A program made the position numbers and the translations under genes. The notes beneath the pieces were generated by a model. That model had not been told where the DNA came from. It saw only the letters and a list, made by a program, of their open reading frames with translations, and searched no databases. A DNA stretch of 9,140 nt from Zygophlyctis sp. KS116 (lineage: Eukaryota > Fungi > Chytridiomycota), in assembly GCA_054661495.1 (NCBI GenBank), contig BAAFSQ010000353.1, positions 1 through 9,140 on the forward strand, written 5' to 3'. Numbering within the stretch: position 1 is the stretch's first letter; every line of letters begins with the position of its first letter. Below, one piece after another: positions 1 to 7,900 of this stretch.

Positions 1-345
1 ACTTCTTCTGAAAGTGTTACAGAGACGTCGACAGAAACTGTGGTTACAGAATATACTAAACCAATTGATATATCGACTCAAGATGAATCAACTATCCCAG
101 AAGAAATTACAAATACTATAACGACTGGCATATTGCCTCCATCTAGAACGACTATAAATATGTCAACAACTACAACCTATATGATTGAATCTTCATCAGC
201 CAGCAGCATAAAGCCCATTGTTTCAGAAACAAGTCAGGCTTATTATACAGATAGCGAATCACCAGACCCCACTGATATTGTAGTGGGCTCTGCAAGTACC
301 TTATCTATAAGTTTAGCCGCATTCTTTGCTGTTTTTCTTTTTTAG
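1..345 (+). CDS. 3' part of a Ser/Thr-rich, probably GPI-anchored cell-surface protein (5'-truncated by the window edge)
   Basis: Frame 1 is open from base 1 (TSSESVTETSTETVVTEY...), so the GTG at 40 is not a true start. The sequence is very S/T/E/P-rich and ends in small residues plus a hydrophobic tail with no cytosolic residues (VVGSASTLSISLAAFFAVFLF*), typical of a GPI-attachment signal. Confidence 0.7.
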   Translation, partial: TSSESVTETSTETVVTEYTKPIDISTQDESTIPEEITNTITTGILPPSRTTINMSTTTTYMIESSSASSIKPIVSETSQAYYTDSESPDPTDIVVGSASTLSISLAAFFAVFLF

Positions 346-452
346 TTGATAAATCAAAGTTTTTAAGTATGTTGTGACTGATGAACTTGTTCTGATAAGT
401 GAATGAAGAGAATTTTATATCCAATCATTAAAATTCAATCGGCACAAGAGTA

Positions 453-1613
453 ATGTATCTTCCTGCTCTCTGTTTGGAATCATTAAGAGTTATAAAAACC
501 CAGGATCAAGAATCATTGATTCTGTCATTTTTGCATCAAAATATTTGGAAAAAGCTCAAGTTGCAAGAATTCAATTTAAAGCATTTAATGACAATAGATC
601 AACTCTTTGAGGAATTGCTCTTTCAAGACTTTAATTTTAAATCTTGTCATTATTTCATCTTGATTTATCCTAGAATTCTAACTAGAGATGAATTAATCTC
701 TCGATTATTACAAAATTGCAACTCTAATCTTATATTGTTTGTCTATATTTGGCTAAAAACTTATCCAGAAGACTTCAAAACTAGAAAAATTCAGGATTTT
801 CTACAAGAATTTCTAAAAATTGTAAATTCAAGACAGATTTTAGAAATTCTAGAATCCTTAAATTCTGAAATTCTAAATCCAAAACTACCGCCAAGAGTTT
901 ATAATCTCACAAATCAGAATAATTTAGATTTATCAGATCCTATCAAACTTTTAGAATCTCAAGGATTAATTCAACAAATGTGCTCAATAGAATCTAGTAT
1001 ATTTTCTAAAATCAAGGCAAGAGACTATCTACTTGAAGATTTAAATCATGTAGTAAGGGAAAATGTGGGATATTTCAATAAATTAGCATCATGGACAATC
1101 ACTCTCATTCTAGAACAAAAAACTCCAAAACAAAGAGCAAGTATTATCAACAAGTTTAGACTTATTGTTGTTAAATTAAGAGAAATCAATAATTTTAATT
1201 CATTAATGGCAATAAGTTCTGGACTATCTAGTGTTTCTATTACAAGATTAAAAAGGACGAGTGAATATTTAAAGAAAAATTTAGAATTTGATGAAATTCA
1301 AGAATTAATCAGTTCAAATTCAAGTTGGAAGAATTATAGACAAGAGTTAAAGGAAGCTAAGCGGCCTGTAATTCCTTTTTTAGGAGTTTTTCTAAGGGAT
1401 TTTACAGTCCTTGGAGAATTTCAAGATACGAGTCATGGAATGATTAATACTGCAAAATTATTCAAAATAGGAGAAATAATTTCGTTTTTAATGGATCTAA
1501 AATCTGATGAATTTCCTAGAGTCAATCATACAATATTTTTAAATTTATTATGTCAACATGTCATGTATGATTCAGATTCAGCATATCATCAATCATGTCA
1601 ACTAGAACCTTGA
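453..1613 (+). CDS. Ras-family guanine nucleotide exchange factor (REM + CDC25 catalytic domain)
   Basis: REM-like WLKTYPEDF; CDC25 hallmarks FNKLASWT, RASIINKF, NNFNSLMAISSGLSSVSITRLKRT, NYRQEL, PVIPFLGVFLRD, INTAKL, C-terminal SCQLEP*. The start is uncertain: ATG 403 with a 38-nt intron 450-487 would also join in frame. Confidence 0.9.
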   Translation: MYLPALCLESLRVIKTQDQESLILSFLHQNIWKKLKLQEFNLKHLMTIDQLFEELLFQDFNFKSCHYFILIYPRILTRDELISRLLQNCNSNLILFVYIWLKTYPEDFKTRKIQDFLQEFLKIVNSRQILEILESLNSEILNPKLPPRVYNLTNQNNLDLSDPIKLLESQGLIQQMCSIESSIFSKIKARDYLLEDLNHVVRENVGYFNKLASWTITLILEQKTPKQRASIINKFRLIVVKLREINNFNSLMAISSGLSSVSITRLKRTSEYLKKNLEFDEIQELISSNSSWKNYRQELKEAKRPVIPFLGVFLRDFTVLGEFQDTSHGMINTAKLFKIGEIISFLMDLKSDEFPRVNHTIFLNLLCQHVMYDSDSAYHQSCQLEP

Positions 1614-1615
1614 AT

Positions 1616-1858
1616 TTATTTAGTTTTTTTAGCTTTATTGCTTTTAAGAATGATTGATCCAATAAAAGCAGAGATTAAGAATCCGCCAATCAAAAGGAGA
1701 AGAATTGGACCTTTGATGACCCAATCATAGGGAGGAAAGAGAGAAAGAATTGGATGATTTGGTTCCAGAAAAGGAACGGCAAAGGCCCAAAGTGTATAAT
1801 ACACAAGAATACTAAAACTAGTGAGTAAAAGTGCTCCGCCGACGAGTTGATCAGACAT
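1616..1858 (-). CDS. DPM2: Dolichol-phosphate mannose synthase regulatory subunit 2
   Basis: 80 aa with two TM segments and the DPM2 pattern DQLVG...YYTLW...PF...HPI...FPP..W...P; basic C-terminus KAKKTK resembling a dilysine ER-retrieval signal. Confidence 0.92.
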   Translation of the reverse strand: MSDQLVGGALLLTSFSILVYYTLWAFAVPFLEPNHPILSLFPPYDWVIKGPILLLLIGGFLISAFIGSIILKSNKAKKTK

Positions 1859-1883
1859 AAGTATTTATTTAGGGTTTTACTAG

Positions 1884-3832
1884 CTATGCAATCGGATTCG
1901 CTAATTCTGACTGCAAAAAGTGCAAGAAATTGTTTTGTTTGCTCTTGATTTCCTCTAATGCCAGAGTTTGTGCTTCATTTTTGCTTTTTTGAGATTCTGC
2001 TTGCGTTTCAATTTTCTTTATTTTTTTCTTGAGATCATTGACTTTTGATAAATATGCAGTCTTTTGTAATTCCATGGTTTCTTTAAGTTTTTCATTCTTT
2101 TCCACTAAAGATCGGATTTCATTAGAATAATCTTTCAAAAGATCCTTGAATTCCATTCTTTCTTGCATAAATTGTCCCTTTATACGTTCCATTTGATGCT
2201 CAAAGGCTTCTTTTTCTTTTCTTAATGAGTCTGTACATGATAAATTATTGTCTTTTAAGTGATTTTGAGATAATTGTAGATTAGATAGGCGTTCACTATA
2301 TATTAAACTTGTTAAATTACCTTAATATTCCTACTTGTTTTCTATAATTTTCAGACTCTTTTACTAAAACATCATGCTTTTCACGTAAAGACTGATATTT
2401 TGCTGAAATTGTACTTGATTCTTTTAAAAACTTTTCACGATCAGAGGCAAGAGAGGTATTAAGAGTTGAAAAAGACTCTTTTTCTAAATTTAAATTGTAA
2501 ACAGATTCTTTAAGTGATAAAATTTCCTAATGATTACATTAATTAAAAATACATTTTCTAAATCTTTTTTAACAAGATTACTTTGATATTCCAAATCTGA
2601 AATTTTTGTGTTTAGTCTGCATATTTCTTGATCTAATTCTTGTTTTTCAAATTCAGACTTTGAGACTTTAGTCCATTCTTCCTCTCTTGCTTCCTTGATT
2701 TTTACAATCAATACTTGATCTTTATTGACTAATTCCTGTTGTAAGTCCTTGATTAGAGTTTGATTATGAGAAATAATTAAATTTAATTTTGAATTCTTGA
2801 TTTTTTCTTCTCTGAGTACAGCTTCATCTTTACTTTTTTCTTTACAGGAATTTGTCTTGAATTGATTAATTTCAATATTAGTTTCATGTAACTTTTGTGA
2901 ATATAAATTCTTGAATTTTTCCAATTCTACTCTAATCTCTGCAGTCTTATCAAAAGAGTCTTGATTTTCCTTTTTACAGTCTTGAATTTCTAATTTCAAT
3001 TTTGTAATTTCACTCTTTAGAGTCTGATTTTCTCCTTCTAGTCCTTTAGCGACTGCCGACAATTCTGAATTTTGTTTCTTGTAAAGTCTTTCAGTCTGAA
3101 TATTTTTTAAATAAACTTCTTGTTTTAGACTTGAAATCTCTGAATTTTCATCTAATAGTCCTTTAACTCTTAATTCCAAGTCTCTTTTTTCTCTTTTAAC
3201 AAGTTGAATTTCCTCTGTAGAATTCATAGAGTCTACTTTTTAGACTTTTATATTACCAAATGCAGTTTGAATTTCTAGAATTTTAGATTTTAGATTTTCC
3301 TCTTGAATTCCAAAATTAGCCTTTAATTCTACAAATTCCTGTTCCAGTAATGATTTCTATCCCATTATTATTTTTTAAATTTACTTGTAATTCACTTTTC
3401 TTAAGTTTTTGGTCTGATTTTAACTGTATAGTGTGATATTCCTTTTTCCAGTATTCTAATTCCTTTTTCCAATTTTGAAATTTAGATTCCAATTCTTGTC
3501 TTGTAGCTAGCGATGCCTCTAGTTTGACGCGAGATAATTCACTATCTAGTCATAATTCCATGAAATATACTCGTTTTTTACATTAATATTCCCATGTTCT
3601 GTATTTATAGAAATTAAATCCTTGAATTTAGATATTTCCTTTTCAAAATAAAGCTTTAATTCTGAATTTTCTAGTTTAAGAGCTTCTAATTCACGATTTT
3701 TAAGTGATAATTCAGTTGATACATGAGAATATTTGGCAGATAACTATTATAAGTAAAATTAAGAATTACAGTCTCAAAGTTTGAATTATATTCTTCATTT
3801 TGAGTCTTTATTTCAGCAACTAATTCTTCCAT
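1884..3832 (-). CDS. CEP83: Long coiled-coil protein, CEP83/CCDC41-like centriole distal appendage protein (7 exons, about 596 aa)
   Basis: ATG at 3832 (MEELVAEIKTQNEEYNSNFET). Six GTA..AG introns (3769-3744, 3570-3542, 3384-3357, 3256-3233, 2552-2527, 2320-2296) give one continuous frame joining ORFs 2490-3227 and 1884-2192. The segment QLVKREKRDLELRVKGLLDENSE...RLYKKQNSELSAVAKGLEGENQT resembles CEP83 as I recall it (REK...KGL...R...Q..E..A...LE.E.Q). The gene structure is more secure than the name. Confidence 0.65.
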
Positions 3833-3899
3833 TGTAAAAAACGGAAAATACTCTAATTATACTAAAAACTACTTAAAATAACTAATCTTTCAAAGATGT

Positions 3900-3915
3900 A
3901 AAACAAAAGATAAAA
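3900..3915 (-). terminator. Pol III oligo-T terminator region of the 5S gene
   Basis: Minus strand directly after helix I reads TTTTATCTTTTGTTTT, i.e. three T4 runs. Confidence 0.65.
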
Positions 3916-4031
3916 CTACAGCACTCAGTATTCCCATGTGGTCACCCACCATAGTACTAACTGAGCCATTACCAGCTTGACTTCAGAGATCGGACGGGAT
4001 CTGGTAGGTTCTAGTATGTATGGCCGTAGCT
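3913..4031 (-). rRNA. 5S rRNA (eukaryotic, fungal-type)
   Basis: Minus strand reads AGCTACGGCCATACATACTAGAACCTACCAGATCCCGTCCGATCTCTGAAGTCAAGCTGGTAATGGCTCAGTTAGTACTATGGTGGGTGACCACATGGGAATACTGAGTGCTGTAGTTT. Helix I (AGCUACGGC/GCUGUAGUU), conserved GAUCCCGUCCGAUC, loop E UUAGUA/GAAUA and the GUGA tetraloop are all intact; about 119 nt. Confidence 0.97.
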
Positions 4032-4052
4032 GATTTCATTTTTGCTTATTTG

Positions 4053-4060
4053 CTTATAAA
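4053..4060 (-). promoter_or_regulatory. TATA-like element upstream of the 5S gene
   Basis: TTTATAAG on the minus strand at about -29 to -22 from the 5S start, where upstream TATA-like elements occur in some fungal Pol III genes. AT-rich background lowers confidence. Confidence 0.45.
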
Positions 4061-4309
4061 GTATGTAGAAAATGCAGTATAAATCGCTAAAATTTGTGCA
4101 TAAATCAGGAAGATTTTCTTTGGAACCGTAAAAACTCTTTCAAATCATTCAAATTTTCTCTGGTTCTCCTGGTTGGATTTTTCTGTCCGATAATAGAAAT
4201 TACATAAATTACAAAACAATTGATCGCAAAATGCAACATACATTTGTGACGCAAGATTAGGGGCTTAAAGGAAATCAATTAATCCGAAGAGAAACTTTCC
4301 GATTCAAAC

Positions 4310-6716
4310 ATGTCGGACAAGGAAAATGTTAGAGTAGTTGTTAGAGTTAGACCGTTTAGTAAAAAAGAATTGGAAAATCATCATAATTCTAGTATGAAAA
4401 CAGATCCTAAAGCTGCATCAATCATGATTCAAAATGGGAATTCTGGCGATCAAAAGTCTTTTACTTTTGATGCAGTCTTTGATGGAGATTCTACCCAGGT
4501 ATTTAAAGAGATTTGGGATTTACAATGATTAGGCAGATGTCTATAATTCGACTGCAAGAGGTATTGTAGATGCTGCATTATGTGGTTTCAATGGGACAGT
4601 GTTTTGTTATGGTATTGTAAATTTAAATTCAATTAATAGGACAAACGGGTATATTCAGAATTATTTATATAAAGGTACCGGGAAAACGTTTTCTATGCAG
4701 GGGATTACTAATGATTCGCAGTTAGCTGGTATAATTCCTCGCACTTTTCATCATATTTTCAATCATATATCACAATCTGATTCACCAAATAAGAAATTCT
4801 TGGTAAGAGTTTCCTATTTGGAAATATACAATGAAGATATAAAAGATCTATTATCAAAATCTCCTAAAAATTCTAAAGGTGGTTTAGAGTTAAAGGAACA
4901 TCCAGACACAGGTGTTTATGTAAAGAATTTGTCTACTTTTGTTGTAAAAAATGTAAAGGATATGGATAAATTAATGGAAACTGGTAATAGGTATAGATCA
5001 GTTGGGGCTACTTTGATGAATGAAACATCTTCGCGATCTCATTCGATATTTACAATTACAATAGAATCTAGTGAAAAGAAGGAAGACGGGGAAGATCATA
5101 TTGTTGTAGGAAAACTGAATTTAGTGGATTTAGCAGGATCGGAAAGACAATCAAAAACAGGAGCAACAGGAGATAGACTTAAAGAAGCAACCAAAATTAA
5201 TTTGTCATTATCAGCCTTGGGAAACTGTATTTCAGCATTAGTAGACGGTAGGTCATCGCATATACCGTATCGTGATTCAAAGTTGACGAGACTGCTTCAA
5301 GATTCTCTTGGTGGAAATGCAAAGTAAATTTATCTTGCTAAAAACTAGAACACTCATGATTGCAACGCTCAGTCCAGCCACATTTAATTTTGAAGAATCT
5401 CTGAGTACTCTAAGATATGCTAATAGAGCTAAATGTATCAAGAACAAGCCCAAGATTAACGAAGATCCGAAAGATGCCATGCTTAGAGAATATCAAGAGG
5501 AAATCTTGAAACTGAAGGCTGCTTTAGAAGCTAAACAGTTTGGAGAAGCTCAAACAGTCACAAAAGTTTTGAAGAAATATGTTACTAAAAAGGTACAAAA
5601 GGTGGTTCCAAAAAAGGCACCGGGAGTCTCTACCGCTACACAAGATGGTCAAGTACAAGTCCAAGAAGATGAAGACACTGAAATTTTTCAAAATATTAAA
5701 CAATTATCTCTTGATGAAATTCAAAAACAATTGGAAGAAGAGAAAAACGCCTTACTAGCATCAACTGATTTATTAGCAGAAGAAAAAATGAAGATTGTCT
5801 TAGAACTAGAAGCTCGATCTGCTCAAGTACAAAAAGAAAAAGAAGAATATGAAATAATGAATGCACAACTATCTGCCATTGAAAGTCAATTAATTTTGGG
5901 TGGCACCAATATTGTTGACCGTATTCAACAACAAGAAAATGAACTTGCAAAAGCCCAGTTAGAACTCCAAGAAAAGGCCAGAAGAGAAAGACACCTCAAG
6001 GAACAACTTGAGGTAAAACTAGAACACCAAATACAAATGGAAGAAAACTATGCATCTCTTCAAGATGAAGTCGACATTAAAACCAAAAAACTTAAAAAAC
6101 TGTGGTCAAAGATTGAATCAGTTCGCAGTGAAATAACTGATGTACAAGATGAATTCAGAAATGAAAGAGATGATCTCTTGGACACAATCCGATTACTCAA
6201 TAGAGAAATTGCCTTTAAAGATACAATCATTGACAACTTTATTCCTGCGCAAGAAAAACAGAAAATGGCCAACCGAGCAGTTTTCAATGAAGATATTGAC
6301 GAATGGAATTTACAAAAGATTGCTCTAGTCAAAAAAACACCAGAATCATTAAAGAGACCATTAATTTCACAAAAGTTCAAAAGACCCGTTTGTCAATTCT
6401 CTAAACAATTAATGCTAAATCCAGAAGCACATATCCGCTATCTTCCAGACAATATTTTACGTTTATCAGTAAGTAATTATATTACTTATCATAGATTGAT
6501 CTTCCTGATCGGACAACAATTTCAAACGAGTCCTTTAAAACCTCGAATGTACCACTAGAGTTACCTTTTAAACTTTTACAACATATTTATCAAGATATAG
6601 AAGATGTAGACAATGGAATATTAAGCCCAACCAAACTCGAAACTCAAATTTCAACCTCAACCTCTCAAAATGCATATCCCACCTTGATATCACTAAAACC
6701 CAAAGGAAGATATTAA
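4310..6716 (+). CDS. KIF3: Kinesin-2 motor subunit (KIF3-like, anterograde IFT motor; 6 exons, about 755 aa)
   Basis: Introns 4499-4532, 4612-4639, 4649-4674, 5324-5348 and 6469-6494 restore [73 protein letters not shown], the kinesin-2 neck [21 protein letters not shown], stalk [17 protein letters not shown] and KIF3B-like tail [19 protein letters not shown]. Stop TAA at 6714-6716. Confidence 0.93.
4640..4648 (+). other. 9-nt micro-exon (GACAAACGG) encoding part of the kinesin P-loop
   Basis: Flanked by TAG (4637-4639) and GTAT (4649-4652); required to build the invariant G-Q-T-G of the Walker A motif. Confidence 0.93.
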
Positions 6717-7059
6717 TTATATTTTCTGCGCAGGCTGTTTCTTTGCACTTTTAATCGAAGAATTATCATTCATTTCCTTTGCTGCATTCAGTTGGAGAGA
6801 AAATACAGAATCCTTATTTTTGATTCCTTGAACAAGATTCCTTTCAATGATGATGGCTGCTTGATCGGCAACTTTTAATAAATCCTTAATCTTTTCCTGA
6901 TCTGATTCTTTTGAATTCTTATCAAACTGCTGACGGGTGAAATTTTTAGCATCTGTTGTATTAAGTTTTTTATAAAATACTAATGATCTGAAATTGATCG
7001 CCGTTAAAGGTGAATCTTTGTGCCTTGAGTAACTTTCTGTACAGTGATTTCGCAGACAT
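6717..7059 (-). CDS. MZM1: LYR-motif complex III (Rieske protein) assembly chaperone MZM1/LYRM7 (2 exons, about 104 aa)
   Basis: ATG 7059 gives MSAKSLYRKLLKAQRFTFNGDQ (LYR motif, F.GD). A 28-nt intron 6980-6953 joins it to NAKNFTRQQF...ADQAAIIIERNLVQG, matching the MZM1/LYRM7 NVVQG-type motif. Confidence 0.85.
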
Positions 7060-7122
7060 TTCAACCTGGGCCTGAATCTTAAACTTTCAAAGAATAGAAA
7101 ACTACGCCTTCAACTACCCCAA

Positions 7123-7893
7123 ATGAAAAAGTTTTGGAATTTTGTGGCACTTGAGTCTGTTGCATCTCCCAAAGTAGGCTTTCGAATTCTCTTGGATGGA
7201 TCTAAGCCGCTCAAAACACCTAATGGATCTCAACTCCTAATTCCTGCTTCTCAGCCAATTCTTGCTTCTTTAGTTGCAGGGGAATGGGAAGCAATTAAAA
7301 CTTTAAAATCATATTCAGTACCATTGGTAATTTATGCATTGGCTAATGATTAAAGACATCGATAGTTGCAAGAGCGATTGATGTTGAAAAAGATGAAGAA
7401 ACAGAACGATTACAAATCATTTCAAAATTGTTGACTTATGTAAACACGGATTCTGTTTGGTAATTATTCTTCATAATATTATAGTTATCATCAGCCATAC
7501 CCTGAATCATTTGAAAAAATGCAGTCTACTTATTGGAAGACTTTGGTAGAATGGTTAAATAATGAACATAATCTAGATGTAAAAACGACATCAGGAATCT
7601 TGTCAATTTCTCAATCACAAAAAACTATTGAATTTTTTAGACAGGTTTTGGAAAATTGTGATTCTCTACAACTTGCAGCATTTGAAAAATCAATAATGAT
7701 GACTAAATCAATGATTATTCCTTTTGCATTATTCAAGAAAAAGATCAATGTGAATACTGCAGCTATAGCTTCTAGATTAGAAGTTTTGCATCAGATTGAT
7801 AGATGGGGAGAAGTAGAAGACTCTCATGATACAGACTCTCAAGATTTTAAGAGACAATTAGGCGCAGTATCAGTAGTTTGGCTTAAAGCATAA
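7123..7893 (+). CDS. ATP12: Mitochondrial F1-ATPase assembly factor ATP12/ATPAF2 (3 exons, about 238 aa from ATG 7123)
   Basis: KKFW...LDG.KPLKTP, LVAGEWE, PL|TSIVARAID, YVNTDSVC, KSMII, RLEVLHQIDRWGEVEDSHD. Introns 7327-7355 and 7460-7484 join ORFs 7123-7353 and 7519-7893. Confidence 0.93.
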
Positions 7894-7900
7894 AAATTTA

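Noticed and set aside
1-1858. Functional cluster of a GPI-anchored protein with DPM2 (GPI/Dol-P-Man pathway)
   Set aside because: Separated by an unrelated RasGEF with no shared promoter; GPI proteins are numerous, so proximity is probably chance.
3438-3471. 13-nt direct repeat ATTCCTTTTTCCA
   Set aside because: Two copies encoding WKKE one heptad apart in a coiled coil; not an array or mobile-element end.
4042-4057. Tandem TTGCTTAT duplication upstream of 5S as a target-site duplication
   Set aside because: Both copies are on the same side of the 5S gene and none flanks the other end.
4114-4126. Possible RFX X-box (TTTTCTTTGGAAC) between the ciliary genes
   Set aside because: Only a weak half-site match; not supportable.
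5277-6380. ORFs 5277-5480 (-), 5696-5950 (-), 6060-6380 (-) and 6140-6328 (+)
   Set aside because: Antisense or off-frame shadows of the kinesin CDS with no recognisable motifs.
6981-7064. N-terminus of ORF 6717-7064 as given (MKCLRNHC...)
   Set aside because: Wrong frame upstream of intron 6980-6953; ATG 7059 gives the LYR motif.
1884-7893. Pseudogenes, programmed frameshifts or stop-codon reassignment as the cause of broken ORFs
   Set aside because: Every break is resolved by a canonical GTA..AG intron, and TAA, TAG and TGA all end genes at expected positions.
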